Assembly: GCA_943350175.1 (NCBI GenBank)
Contig: CALQZX010000002.1
Span: forward strand, 66,061 to 130,060
DNA length: 64,000 bases
Direction of reading: 5' to 3'
Source: Parcubacteria group bacterium
Lineage (GTDB): Bacteria > Patescibacteriota > Microgenomatia > UBA1400 > PJMF01
The notes beneath the pieces were generated by a model. It ran no database searches and was not told the origin of the DNA. It saw only the letters and a list, made by a program, of their open reading frames with translations. Both the position numbers and the translations under genes were made by a program. Below are positions 38,426-48,592 of the stretch, piece by piece (the first letter of the stretch is position 1; each line of letters opens with the position of its first letter).

Positions 38426-40648
38426 ATGAAAAAGCAATTTAAGACCAATAAATGGCAAGAAGAAATTAACACTAGAGACTTTATTTTCAATAATTTTACT
38501 CCGTACGATGGAGACAGTTCTTTCTTAGTCGGTCCAACAAAAGCCACCAAAGAACTTTGGGATAAATCCAGTGAACTATTAAAACAAGAAATAAAAAATG
38601 GCGGAGTTCTTGATGTTGACACCAAAACTATTTCTTCAGTTACTAGTCACAAACCAGGTTACTTGAATAAAACCTTAGAAAAAATTGTTGGTTTTCAAAC
38701 CGATGAGCCACTCAAAAGAGCCATGAAACCTTACGGTGGAGTGAGAGTTGTGGAAGCTGCTTGCGAGGAAAATGGCTACAAAGTTGATCCTCTGGTTTCA
38801 GAAATATTTACCAAATATCGTAAATCTCACAATGATGGCGTTTTTGATGTTTACACCAAAACCATGCGTCAATTGCGTTCAACTGGAATTTTGACTGGTT
38901 TACCAGACAATTACGCTCGTGGCCGTATCATTGGTGATTATCGCCGTGTCGCTCTTTATGGCATCGATCGTTTAATTGCAGCCAAAAAAGCAGACAAAGA
39001 TGCTTTGGATGGCGTAATGACTGACGACATCATTAAGCTTCGCGAAGAAGTCAGTGAACAAATTAAAGCCCTTGGTGAAATGAAAGAAATGGCTGCTTCT
39101 TATGGTTTTGATATTTCCAAACCAGCAGAAACCGCCCAAGAAGCAATTCAATGGACTTGGTTTGGTTTCTTGGCTGCTCTTAAAGAACAAGATGGGGCTG
39201 CTATGAGTTTGGGGAACGTCAGTTCTTTCTTTGATGTTTATATTGAAAGAGATTTGGAAGACGGTAGTCTAACCGAAGTAGAAGCTCAAGAATTAGTCGA
39301 TCACTTCATCATGAAATGTCGTTTGATTCGTCATTTACGCATGAATGCCTATAATGATCTTTTTGCTGGTGATCCAACTTGGATTACTGAAGCTGTAGGC
39401 GGCTTTTTCTCCAATGGTCAGCACAAAGTTACCAAAACAAGTTTTAGATTCTTGCAAAGCTTATACAACATTGGCCCAGCTCCAGAACCAAATTTAACCA
39501 TTCTTTGGTCAGATAAATTGCCGGAGGGCTTTAAGAAATTCTGTGCTCAAGTTTCGATCGATACTTCTTCACTACAGTACGAGAACGATGATTTGATGCG
39601 TGATGTCAGTAGTTGCGATGATTATTGTATTGCTTGCTGCGTTTCGATGATGGAAACCGGTAAAGAAATGCAATTCTTCGGTGCTCGCTGCAATTTGGCT
39701 AAGGCTTTACTGATCGCTCTTAACGAGGGTCGTGATGAAAAAACTGGTGAAACAATCGTGCCTAATATCGAGAAAATGCCAGAAGGCCCAATTTCTTATG
39801 ATGAGTTTAGCAAGCGATTTGAGAAAACCGTCGCTTTTTTGGTAAAAGAATACGTTAACACCATGGATGTTATTCATTACATGCATGACAAATACTATTA
39901 TGAGAAAGCCCAGATGGCTCTCATGGACACCAAAGTCAAAAGAAATATGGCTTTTGGCGTCGCTGGCTTGAGTGTGGTGACTGATTCTATCTCAGCTATC
40001 AAATTTGCTAAAGTCACTCCGGTTCGTGATGAAAATGGTTTGACCAAAGAATTTAAAGTTGAAGGTGAATATCCAATGTATGGCAATGATGACGACAAAG
40101 TTGATTCAATCGCCCAAAAATTGGTCAAAGATTTTAATGCTGAACTTGGCAAACAACATATTTATCGTGGTGCCAATCCAACTCTGTCTGTTTTAACCAT
40201 CACTTCCAATGTGGTTTATGGCAAAAAAACAGGTGCTACTCCAGATGGTCGTAAAGCTGGTGAGCCTTTTGCTCCTGGTGCCAACCCAATGCATGGTCGT
40301 GATCATTCGGGCGCCATTGCTTCGCTGAATTCAGTCTCTAAGATTGACTACAAGAATGCTCGCGATGGAGTTTCTAATACTTTTTCGATTGTGCCAAAAA
40401 CACTGGGCGAAAATAAAGAGGCTCAAATCAAAAATTTATTGGCCATGTTGGATGGCTATTTCAATAAAAACGCTCATCATTTAAACGTTAATGTTCTTAA
40501 TCGTGAAACTTTGGAAGATGCTATGGAGCACCCAGAGAAATACCCACAATTGACCATTCGTGTTTCTGGTTATGCAGTCAACTTTATTAGATTGAGCAGA
40601 GATCATCAAAGAGAAGTCATCGCTAGAACTTTTCACGAGAGCATGTAG
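38426..40648 (+). CDS. pflB: formate C-acetyltransferase (pyruvate formate-lyase)
   Basis: Glycyl-radical signature RVSGYAV near the C-terminus, catalytic Cys-Cys ([11 protein letters not shown]). Start placed at the ATG at 38426 ([13 protein letters not shown]…); the upstream 38 codons of the tracked ORF are Cys/Phe-rich non-protein-like sequence. Confidence 0.9.
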   Translation: MKKQFKTNKWQEEINTRDFIFNNFTPYDGDSSFLVGPTKATKELWDKSSELLKQEIKNGGVLDVDTKTISSVTSHKPGYLNKTLEKIVGFQTDEPLKRAMKPYGGVRVVEAACEENGYKVDPLVSEIFTKYRKSHNDGVFDVYTKTMRQLRSTGILTGLPDNYARGRIIGDYRRVALYGIDRLIAAKKADKDALDGVMTDDIIKLREEVSEQIKALGEMKEMAASYGFDISKPAETAQEAIQWTWFGFLAALKEQDGAAMSLGNVSSFFDVYIERDLEDGSLTEVEAQELVDHFIMKCRLIRHLRMNAYNDLFAGDPTWITEAVGGFFSNGQHKVTKTSFRFLQSLYNIGPAPEPNLTILWSDKLPEGFKKFCAQVSIDTSSLQYENDDLMRDVSSCDDYCIACCVSMMETGKEMQFFGARCNLAKALLIALNEGRDEKTGETIVPNIEKMPEGPISYDEFSKRFEKTVAFLVKEYVNTMDVIHYMHDKYYYEKAQMALMDTKVKRNMAFGVAGLSVVTDSISAIKFAKVTPVRDENGLTKEFKVEGEYPMYGNDDDKVDSIAQKLVKDFNAELGKQHIYRGANPTLSVLTITSNVVYGKKTGATPDGRKAGEPFAPGANPMHGRDHSGAIASLNSVSKIDYKNARDGVSNTFSIVPKTLGENKEAQIKNLLAMLDGYFNKNAHHLNVNVLNRETLEDAMEHPEKYPQLTIRVSGYAVNFIRLSRDHQREVIARTFHESM

Positions 40649-40660
40649 ACTGGTATTTGG

Positions 40661-41395
40661 ATGCTAAAAATTCATTCTCTAGATACCTTTGGCACTCATG
40701 ATGGACCAGGCATTCGTCTGGTCATCTTTGCGCAAGGCTGCCAATTTCGTTGTCTTTATTGCCACAATCCAGACACACAAGCTCTGGAAACTGCTGAAAT
40801 GAAAAGAATGGAAACTGCTGAAATAATTGAGTTCCTAGAAAAGGAAAGAACTTATTTTGGTCAAACTGGAGGCCTCACTATTTCTGGTGGTGAGCCAACT
40901 CTACAGGCAGAGGCATTGACTGAGCTTTTCAAAGAATGTCAAAAGCACGGTTTTAATACCTGCCTAGATACTTGCGGAGCTGTTTTTGACCAAAGCGTCA
41001 AAGATCTCTATGATCTGACTGACATTGTAATGTTGGATGTTAAACACATTGATCCTGTTTGGCACCAAAAACTAACTAAAGCCAGTAACGAAAATGTTTT
41101 AAAAAATGCTGCTTACCGTGAGGAAAGTGGTAAGGAAATGTGGCTGCGTTACGTTTTGGTACCTGGCTGGACTGACCAACCTGAGTATCTAGAAACCTGG
41201 GCTAAATATTTCGCAGGCTATAAAACAGTCAAAAGAGTGGAACTTATCCCTTATCATGAATTAGGGGTTTTTAAATATCAGGCTTTAGGTAGAAAATATG
41301 AGTTAGTTGGTGTCAAACCACCAAGCCAAGCAGAAAAAGATGCTGCTGCCTTAATTTTTAGAAAATATTTAGGAGATAAAGTTGTGGTCGTTTAG
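40661..41395 (+). CDS. pflA: pyruvate formate-lyase activating enzyme (radical SAM)
   Basis: 244 aa. CxxxCxxC cluster GCQFRCLYCHNP and the glycine-rich SAM motif (GGLTISGGEP). Confidence 0.9.
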   Translation: MLKIHSLDTFGTHDGPGIRLVIFAQGCQFRCLYCHNPDTQALETAEMKRMETAEIIEFLEKERTYFGQTGGLTISGGEPTLQAEALTELFKECQKHGFNTCLDTCGAVFDQSVKDLYDLTDIVMLDVKHIDPVWHQKLTKASNENVLKNAAYREESGKEMWLRYVLVPGWTDQPEYLETWAKYFAGYKTVKRVELIPYHELGVFKYQALGRKYELVGVKPPSQAEKDAAALIFRKYLGDKVVVV

Positions 41396-41420
41396 TCCAT
41401 GGCAAATAAAGAAAGAAAAT

Positions 41421-43508
41421 ATGAATTTAGATAAATTGTTTTATCCAAAATCAATCGCTATTATTGGTGCTTCCAGTCGAGAGAAAACTGTTGGCAACGA
41501 CGTGGTCAAAAACCTTGTTCAACAAGGCTACCAAGGTCAAATTTATCCAATTAATCCTAAAATTGATGAGCTTTATGGTCGCAAGGTTTATCATGAAATC
41601 ACCGAAATCGATGGAGAAGTTGAATTAATTGTCGTAGCTATTCCAGCTAAATTTGTGGCCGATGAAATCAGAAAAGCCGCTACAAAAGGTGCTAAAGCAG
41701 CGATCGTTATTTCTGCTGGTTTTAAAGAAGCTGGTAATTTGGAACTAGAACAACAATTGGCTGCAACTTGCAATGAACTTGGCGTAACTTTAGTCGGTCC
41801 AAATTGTTTGGGTGCCATTAACGCTGAACATAGCATGAATGCTTCTTTTGCCGCGGTCATGCCTCCTGTTGGCGACATTGCCTTCTTTTCTCAAAGTGGC
41901 GCTCTTTGTACAGCAGTCTTGGATTATGCCAAAGACTTGGGCATTGGTTTTTCTAAGTTTGTTAGTATTGGCAATAAAGCTGCTTTGGAAGAACTTGATT
42001 TGATCAAATATTTGCACGAAGATCCAAAAACCAAAGTCATTTGTTTATATGCAGAATCTCTAGAAAATGCTCCAGAATTAATTACTGCTCTTAGAGAATT
42101 AAATCGTGGTAGCAATCCAAAACCAGTCATTGTTCTTAAATCTGGTAAAACCGCTGCTGGTGCAGGCGCCATTGCCTCCCACACTGGTTCACTTAGCACC
42201 GGCGACAGTGCTTACCAGGCCTTATTTGCTCAAGCTGGCATGATTCGTGCCAATACTATTAGCGAACTTTTTGATTTAGCTCAAGTTTTTTCCATGAATC
42301 AGATTCAGGCAGTTAAAAAAGTCACCATCATCACCAATGCTGGTGGTCCTGGTGTTTTGACCACTGATGCGGTGATTGAGAGTGGTTTGGAATTGGCAGA
42401 TTTAGCTCCAGAAACTGTGGTTAAATTACGCTCTTTCTTACCTCCTTCAGCCAGTACTCATAATCCAGTTGATGTTTTGGGTGATGCTGCTGGTGAAATT
42501 TATGAAAAAACCATCGAAGTGGTGGCAGAAGACCCAAATACCGACGCCATTATCGTGTTACTCACTCCTCAATCGATGACTGAACCAGAAAAAACTGCTC
42601 AAGCTGTAGTTAAAATGCGTCAAACCAGCAGCAAGCCAATTGTGGTTAGTTTGATGGGTCGCGCTTTGGTGGCAGGAGGTGTGGAAATTTTACGTGCCAA
42701 TAAAATCGCTAGCACTGCTTTCCCAGAGCCAGCCGCTGCCGCAATGGCCAAGTTTGCTAAATTTAGTAACTGGAGCCAGGAAAAGAATGAAGCTTTCTTA
42801 AGCTATAACGACGTGGATAAAGAGAAGGTCGCTCAAATTTTCGCCGCCGCCAAAGAAAAAGGTCAAACCTCATTTCCAGAGGCAGAAGCTATGGAAATCA
42901 TGAAAGCCTACCGTTTTCCTTTGCTTAAATCAGCTATCGCCAGAAGTAGTGACGAGGCCTTGAAAATCATGCAAGAATTCAACTGCCAAGTGGCCATGAA
43001 AATAGTTTCGCCAGATATTTTGCATAAGAGCGACGTGGGCGGTGTCAGTCTTGGTGTAAGCGTCGATAATATTGTTAGCGAATATGAAGCCATGATGACT
43101 AGAGTGGCTGCCAATAAGCCAGAAGCCAAGCTCGAAGGTGTGCTTTTGATGGAAATGGCTGGCAAAGGAGTGGAATTGATCCTTGGAATCAACAAAAATG
43201 CTTTGGGCACAATGTTAATGTTTGGTTTGGGCGGCATCTATGTGGAAGTTTTCAAAGATGTAAACCTCGCTTTTGCTCCTTTAACTAGAACTGATGTTTT
43301 GAAAATGATTGGTGGTCTTCGCTCAAGTAAATTACTTGAAGGCGTGAGAGGTGAAGCTGCAGCTGATAAAGAAAGCATTATCGAGTCGATCGGCCGTTTA
43401 TCTCAACTAGTGAGTGATTTCCCTACAATTGTGGAATTGGATATCAATCCATTATTGGCGACCAAAGATGGTGCTAAAGTGCTGGACGTGAGAGTAGTGA
43501 TAGAATAA
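41421..43508 (+). CDS. ADP-forming acetyl-CoA synthetase (fused alpha-beta; acetate--CoA ligase [ADP-forming])
   Basis: ~695 aa. N-terminal CoA-binding Rossmann domain (SIAIIGAS…G…IYPINP) and a succinyl-CoA-synthetase-like domain, then a C-terminal ATP-grasp domain. Start set at the ATG at 41421 (MNLDKLFYPK…). Confidence 0.8.
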   Translation: MNLDKLFYPKSIAIIGASSREKTVGNDVVKNLVQQGYQGQIYPINPKIDELYGRKVYHEITEIDGEVELIVVAIPAKFVADEIRKAATKGAKAAIVISAGFKEAGNLELEQQLAATCNELGVTLVGPNCLGAINAEHSMNASFAAVMPPVGDIAFFSQSGALCTAVLDYAKDLGIGFSKFVSIGNKAALEELDLIKYLHEDPKTKVICLYAESLENAPELITALRELNRGSNPKPVIVLKSGKTAAGAGAIASHTGSLSTGDSAYQALFAQAGMIRANTISELFDLAQVFSMNQIQAVKKVTIITNAGGPGVLTTDAVIESGLELADLAPETVVKLRSFLPPSASTHNPVDVLGDAAGEIYEKTIEVVAEDPNTDAIIVLLTPQSMTEPEKTAQAVVKMRQTSSKPIVVSLMGRALVAGGVEILRANKIASTAFPEPAAAAMAKFAKFSNWSQEKNEAFLSYNDVDKEKVAQIFAAAKEKGQTSFPEAEAMEIMKAYRFPLLKSAIARSSDEALKIMQEFNCQVAMKIVSPDILHKSDVGGVSLGVSVDNIVSEYEAMMTRVAANKPEAKLEGVLLMEMAGKGVELILGINKNALGTMLMFGLGGIYVEVFKDVNLAFAPLTRTDVLKMIGGLRSSKLLEGVRGEAAADKESIIESIGRLSQLVSDFPTIVELDINPLLATKDGAKVLDVRVVIE

Positions 43509-43513
43509 TCACT

Positions 43514-44641
43514 ATGAAATCAGCCATTTATGCCTTTTCTGGCGACCCAATTACTTTTGGTCATTTGGATATTATTAAGCGCGCTGCAGCCGTTTTTGAC
43601 CGTTTAGTGGTGGCGATTGGCGTTAATCCAAGTAAGAAGTATCTTTTTTCTCTGGAAGAGCGTACTGAAATGGCCCGTCGCTCCTTGCTCAATCTCACTA
43701 ATGTCGAAGTTAAGTCATTTTCTGGCATGCTAGTGGATTTTGCTTACGAAAATAATATCAATGTAATTGTTAAAGGTGTGCGTAGTAGCAATGACTTTGA
43801 ATATGAAATGAGCTTACATAATTTGGGTGAAAGTCAGAAACTTGGTATTGATACCTTTATTCTCTTTGCCAAACCAAGCCTGGCTCACATCAGCTCAAGT
43901 GCTGTCAAAGACATTCAGAAGGAACAAGGCTTGATTCAAGATTATGTCCCACCTTACGTCAAACAATGTGTGGAAGCCAAATTGAGTGGCCAATACATCA
44001 TTGGTCTAACTGGTGAAATTGGTGCTGGTAAATCCTATGTTGGAGAAAAGCTGGTAGAGCTGGCCAAAGCAATGAATTTGGAAGCTCATAACATCGAACT
44101 GGATCATTTATCTTGGCAAATCCAGGACGATCTCAAAGAAGAAAAATACGAAGTAGTGCGTAAGCAAATTATTGATACTTTTGGCGCTGAAGTCGGCAAT
44201 GCTGACGGCAGTATTAATCGCAAAGCGCTTGGTGAAATTGTTTTTGCTGATCAAAAAAAGTTAGAGCGTCTCAATGAAATTATGGATACGCCAATTCTAG
44301 TGCGCTTGCGTCGTGAGCTCAAAGATAAAAAAGGTCTAATTTTCCTCAATGCCTCTTTGCTCGCTGAAGCTGGTATGGGTCAGCTTAGTAACTGCAATAT
44401 GATTCTTTTGTCTGTGGATGAAGCGACTCAAGAACAAAGATTGCTCGATAGAGATTTGGATAAAGAGCAGATTAAAAGAAGACTGATGAGTCAATACGAT
44501 TTTGTACACAAGAAAGAACAACTGGAAAAAGAAATTGAAATGAACAGACAGGGAAAATTGTGGGTGATGGAGAGTGAGGATTACGGAATAGTCAATTTAT
44601 TGGAATCTATTATTAGCTATTTTCAATTAAAAAATAAATGA
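43514..44641 (+). CDS. bifunctional phosphopantetheine adenylyltransferase / dephospho-CoA kinase (CoaD-CoaE fusion)
   Basis: 375 aa. N-terminal PPAT motifs (FSGDPITFGHLDII, KGVRSSNDFEYE, ISSSAVKDI). C-terminal DPCK P-loop IGLTGEIGAGKS. Confidence 0.8.
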   Translation: MKSAIYAFSGDPITFGHLDIIKRAAAVFDRLVVAIGVNPSKKYLFSLEERTEMARRSLLNLTNVEVKSFSGMLVDFAYENNINVIVKGVRSSNDFEYEMSLHNLGESQKLGIDTFILFAKPSLAHISSSAVKDIQKEQGLIQDYVPPYVKQCVEAKLSGQYIIGLTGEIGAGKSYVGEKLVELAKAMNLEAHNIELDHLSWQIQDDLKEEKYEVVRKQIIDTFGAEVGNADGSINRKALGEIVFADQKKLERLNEIMDTPILVRLRRELKDKKGLIFLNASLLAEAGMGQLSNCNMILLSVDEATQEQRLLDRDLDKEQIKRRLMSQYDFVHKKEQLEKEIEMNRQGKLWVMESEDYGIVNLLESIISYFQLKNK

Positions 44642-46173
44642 CAGTTTCTACTTTTGAGCAAAACACTAAAAATGAGCAAATGTATTCAGTAGATGAATTA
44701 GTAGCTAAAAAATCTGTTGATTTATTACCACCAAATCTTAATCAAAAAATTAGTATTCAAGTCATATCTTTTAAAGAAATGTCAGAGCAGACTCCCATAA
44801 GTAATGAGATAGGACATTTAATTCTATTTTTAGAATCAGTGATTTCAGCTACAAATAATTTAGACAAAAGTGCCTTAAAAGAAATTGAGATTTTGTTCAA
44901 TGTTAATAATCAAAAAGGAGACGTTCCTATTGGGAACCGTCGTGCTTTGTTGCTTCTATCTAGTTTAACAAAGTTTAAAGACTTGCCAGTGGAAAAGATT
45001 ATAGAGGTTATGGTGAAAGATGGTATGTTAGTTGGTCAAGATATTGAACCAAATTATGATCTAGGTATTAAAGAACTAAAGAAGCAGCTCGCTATTCATG
45101 GAATAACTGATGATTACGAGGTATCAGAAATAATTTCTGATCGAATGGCAGAATGGAAAAATGCATTTAATCAAAGTCTAATTGCAAAAGATAGAACAAC
45201 TAAGTTGATTATCAACTTGCGTCAAAAAATTGAAGATGGACTCTCAATTGGATTAATAGATTGTACAGATGGCTCATACATTTCAAAGTATAAAGAAGGT
45301 GATAATAAAACTTATCCAAATACACAGGCAGCTCGCAGGCTTTTGCTATCAGAAATAGCCAAAAACAGATCAGATCAAATTGGAGGCAATTCATTAATGA
45401 TTCCAATGGATAATGATTGCTTGCTAACCGAATCAGGCTTAAGAACTTGGTTGGAATCTACTTATAAAAAAGAAGCATTTCTTTCTGTTCCAGATTTTGT
45501 TCCAGATGAAAGTTGTCTGGATATTAATGAAAATTCGATTGCAGAAGCTAAAATTTTTCAGCAGTTTTCTGATTTTAAAATGATTAAAGGTTTCATAAAA
45601 TCATTTTTAAATAACCAAAGAATAAGTTTTGCTCCATTTCTTGGATCATGTGGATTTTCTACGAGTACTTATAAGTTGATTAAGGGCTGGGATTTGATGG
45701 ATGAATCGTTGGGAGAAGATGCGAGAATGATGACTAAAGTTATTAAAAAAGCAGATCACCTTTCTTTTTACCCTAGAGCATTAATCAAAGTTTCATCCAG
45801 AATTAGAGAGGGGTCATGGATGGGTAACCAGGACAAATGGAAGGAGAGGTCTAGAGATTCGTATCTAATTAAAGTACCTAAGGATAATCTTTTTTGGAAA
45901 AGATTTGATTTATCCAATTCTTTGATTGATTTCGACCAATTAGTTGATTTGCTTACAAATTTGATTAAAAAAAGATTCAGTCAAGACGATATGAAAAATA
46001 TTCATGGGGAAAGAATTTTGAGTTATTTAGAATCTGATAATAAACAACTAAGTTTGATTAGAGCACTAAACGCTCTACTTTCTAGCGGACTATCTAAAAA
46101 TGAAATTTTTGTCAGAAATGAAGACTCTAAGCAGTTGCAAGACTTATTTGTGGCAGTTTCACAATTGCTTTGA
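44638..46173 (+). CDS. hypothetical protein
   Basis: 511 aa, 4-nt overlap with coaDE, no recognisable motif. Confidence 0.5.
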   Translation: MTVSTFEQNTKNEQMYSVDELVAKKSVDLLPPNLNQKISIQVISFKEMSEQTPISNEIGHLILFLESVISATNNLDKSALKEIEILFNVNNQKGDVPIGNRRALLLLSSLTKFKDLPVEKIIEVMVKDGMLVGQDIEPNYDLGIKELKKQLAIHGITDDYEVSEIISDRMAEWKNAFNQSLIAKDRTTKLIINLRQKIEDGLSIGLIDCTDGSYISKYKEGDNKTYPNTQAARRLLLSEIAKNRSDQIGGNSLMIPMDNDCLLTESGLRTWLESTYKKEAFLSVPDFVPDESCLDINENSIAEAKIFQQFSDFKMIKGFIKSFLNNQRISFAPFLGSCGFSTSTYKLIKGWDLMDESLGEDARMMTKVIKKADHLSFYPRALIKVSSRIREGSWMGNQDKWKERSRDSYLIKVPKDNLFWKRFDLSNSLIDFDQLVDLLTNLIKKRFSQDDMKNIHGERILSYLESDNKQLSLIRALNALLSSGLSKNEIFVRNEDSKQLQDLFVAVSQLL

Positions 46174-46755
46174 TGAATTAATTTTGATTCCTAATCTAAA
46201 TCTCACCAACGAATAAATAATTATACAAATGGTGAAGATATAAACGGGGAAGCCCCATTGCGCAAAACTCCAATCTTTGATGGTCAGTAAAGTTAAACCA
46301 GAATTGATCATGCCAAATAAAAAGATGGTGCTATTTTCAGTCTCTGGTTCTTTGTAGGATTTGATTATGGTTGGCAAGGAAGCAAAAGCATCAGCAATGA
46401 TGGAAAAAAGAATGGCTAAATTACCTTCACCTGTTACTTGCCAAATAATGATGGCGAAGACAGAAATAGAACCATAAACATAGTCCATTTTGTTTAATTT
46501 CCAATAAGCTTTTTTATTGATGAATGAAGCTAAAACAATCATGGTTGGATTAAATCCAGCCATGAAAGTCATGAGCGCTGTTAGGCCAACACCTTTTTCT
46601 AACTGAGCAGCAAAAGCGATCATCGGAGCCAAAGCCCAAAGAAACCAAGTGACGCGATTTGGTTTTGTTTTGCCTTTGACGGTATCAATGAGGTAACTAA
46701 GCCCGCCGTAAAAAGAAAGCAGAGCGCCTAAAATAATGAAGTTTTCGTTTAGCAT
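46159..46755 (-). CDS. hypothetical polytopic membrane protein
   Basis: 198 aa, ~6 TM helices. Confidence 0.5.
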   Translation of the reverse strand: MLNENFIILGALLSFYGGLSYLIDTVKGKTKPNRVTWFLWALAPMIAFAAQLEKGVGLTALMTFMAGFNPTMIVLASFINKKAYWKLNKMDYVYGSISVFAIIIWQVTGEGNLAILFSIIADAFASLPTIIKSYKEPETENSTIFLFGMINSGLTLLTIKDWSFAQWGFPVYIFTICIIIYSLVRFRLGIKINSSKQL

Positions 46756-46770
46756 TTTTATATTCTAGCA

Positions 46771-47535
46771 CTAGGCTAATTCAATAGAAATTGGACAATG
46801 ATCGGAGCCCATCACCTGATCATGAATTTCGGCACTTTTTAATTTTTTCTCTAAATTTTTACTAACGAAGAAATAATCAATTCTCCAGCCAACATTTCTT
46901 GGTCTGGCACCAGAGCGTTGACTCCACCAAGTGTAACGGTCTTTTACTGTTGGATTTAGAGCACGAAAACTATCAATGAAACCAAGCTCCAACAATTGAT
47001 CAATCCAAGCTCTTTCCTCCTTTAGAAAACCAGAAATTAGTTCATTTTCCTTGGGTCTAGCCAGATCAACTTTCTGATGAGCGGTATTAACGTCGCCACA
47101 AATGACGATATTTTTTTCAGTCTTCAAGAGTTCTTTGAGATATTGGAGTAAAAAATCATAATAAGCCATTTTATAAGCCAATCTCTCTGGAGAGGCTTTG
47201 CCATTGGGAAAATAGATATTAAAAAGGGTGAAATCCTGATATTTGCTGACGATAGTGCGACCCTCACGGTCAAATTTATTTTCGCTAAGGCCAATTTGGA
47301 TGGAGAGTGGTTTTACTTTGCTATAAGTCACTACTCCTGAGTAGCCCTTCTTTTCTGCCGAAGCAAAAGAGCTTTCGTAAGGAGCAATTTCCGTTAGATC
47401 AAAGCCCAACTGATCTGGAGAAGCTTTGGTTTCTTGTAGACAGACGATGTCAGCATCAAGATCTTTGATCCAGGTAAAAAACCCTTTTTTGGCGATGGCA
47501 CGGATTCCATTGACGTTCCAAGAATAAATCTTCAT
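46771..47535 (-). CDS. xth: exodeoxyribonuclease III (AP endonuclease, EEP family)
   Basis: 254 aa. MKIYSWNVNGIRA…, CLQETK, C-terminal SDHCPISIEL. Confidence 0.85.
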   Translation of the reverse strand: MKIYSWNVNGIRAIAKKGFFTWIKDLDADIVCLQETKASPDQLGFDLTEIAPYESSFASAEKKGYSGVVTYSKVKPLSIQIGLSENKFDREGRTIVSKYQDFTLFNIYFPNGKASPERLAYKMAYYDFLLQYLKELLKTEKNIVICGDVNTAHQKVDLARPKENELISGFLKEERAWIDQLLELGFIDSFRALNPTVKDRYTWWSQRSGARPRNVGWRIDYFFVSKNLEKKLKSAEIHDQVMGSDHCPISIELA

Positions 47536-47563
47536 ATATTAGAAATTATAGCGTATATTAGCC

Positions 47564-48439
47564 TTGTCGCCCAACATAAATATGAATGAATTTGATTACT
47601 TAGTTTTGCTTACTTTGGCTTACAGCAGTTGTTTTTCCTTTGCTTTGACGGCTGATGAGGTGATTAAACGTTTACCATTGGCACCAAAAAAACTCATTTT
47701 TTCTGAGAAAAAAATCAGAGAATCGCTAAAGAAATTGACTAAGCAAGCTTTAATTCAAAGTGATGGACAATATTTTTTCTTGGAAAAGAAAGATTTGATA
47801 AGTAGAAAAAAACGTGCCAAATTTGTTTCCGCCAAAAAAGAGCGAACAACTGAATTTGTAAAATTGGCTAGCAAAATTCCATTTGTCCAAGCCATTGTCT
47901 TAACTGGCTCCACAGCCGTTGATAATGCCCAAAAAGAGGACGATTTAGACTTCATGATTATTTGTAAGAAGAACACCTTGTGGATCTGCCGTTTCCTCTT
48001 AATCGCCCTCACCAAACTGAAAGACAAAAGACCAAGTCAAGAAAAAGATAACGCCTGGTGTCTCAACCTTTGGTTAGACGAAAGCGACCTAACAATCGAC
48101 GAAAATAGAAGAAGCCTCTACGAAGCCTACGAAATACTACAAATGAAATTCGTCTTTGACCGAAGTAATTATGAAAAAAGATTTTTAAATGCCAATGCTT
48201 GGCTTCGCAATTATTTGTTTATTTACGAATTATATGGCTTTGGCAAATACAAAAAAGAAAAGAGTTACTCTTGGTTCAATCAACTTTTTTTTAGCTTGCA
48301 AAAAAGATATCGTCTTTTGAGTTTTGGCCAAGAGAATTTTAGCTTGAGTCTGACTCAAGCCTTTTTTAACCATTTGAATTTTCGAGCAAAATTATTTACT
48401 AGATTAAGAAAAAAATTGAGTGATTTTGATATGTTATAA
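47564..48439 (+). CDS. wHTH plus Pol-beta-type nucleotidyltransferase domain protein
   Basis: 291 aa. The GS-x9-13-DxD-like segment LTGSTAVDNAQKEDDLDFMI. Start possibly at the ATG at 47582. Confidence 0.45.
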   Translation: MSPNINMNEFDYLVLLTLAYSSCFSFALTADEVIKRLPLAPKKLIFSEKKIRESLKKLTKQALIQSDGQYFFLEKKDLISRKKRAKFVSAKKERTTEFVKLASKIPFVQAIVLTGSTAVDNAQKEDDLDFMIICKKNTLWICRFLLIALTKLKDKRPSQEKDNAWCLNLWLDESDLTIDENRRSLYEAYEILQMKFVFDRSNYEKRFLNANAWLRNYLFIYELYGFGKYKKEKSYSWFNQLFFSLQKRYRLLSFGQENFSLSLTQAFFNHLNFRAKLFTRLRKKLSDFDML

Positions 48440-48481
48440 ATTCATTTTTTATTCATTTTAGAGTGGTTTAATGAAAACATT

Positions 48482-48592
48482 ATGAACAAAATAATCGAAA
48501 AAATTCTCCAAAATCAGAATATCTCCGAACAAGAAATCAAGACAATAATTACTGATCAAACCTACGGGCAACCGTGGAGTGATGAGGAATAA
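48482..48592 (+). CDS. candidate 36-aa peptide (MNKIIEKILQNQNISEQEIKTIITDQTYGQPWSDEE) translationally coupled to the sensor kinase
   Basis: ORF below the 60-aa track cut-off. Its TAA stop overlaps the kinase ATG (TAATG). Weak Shine-Dalgarno. Confidence 0.3.
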   Translation: MNKIIEKILQNQNISEQEIKTIITDQTYGQPWSDEE

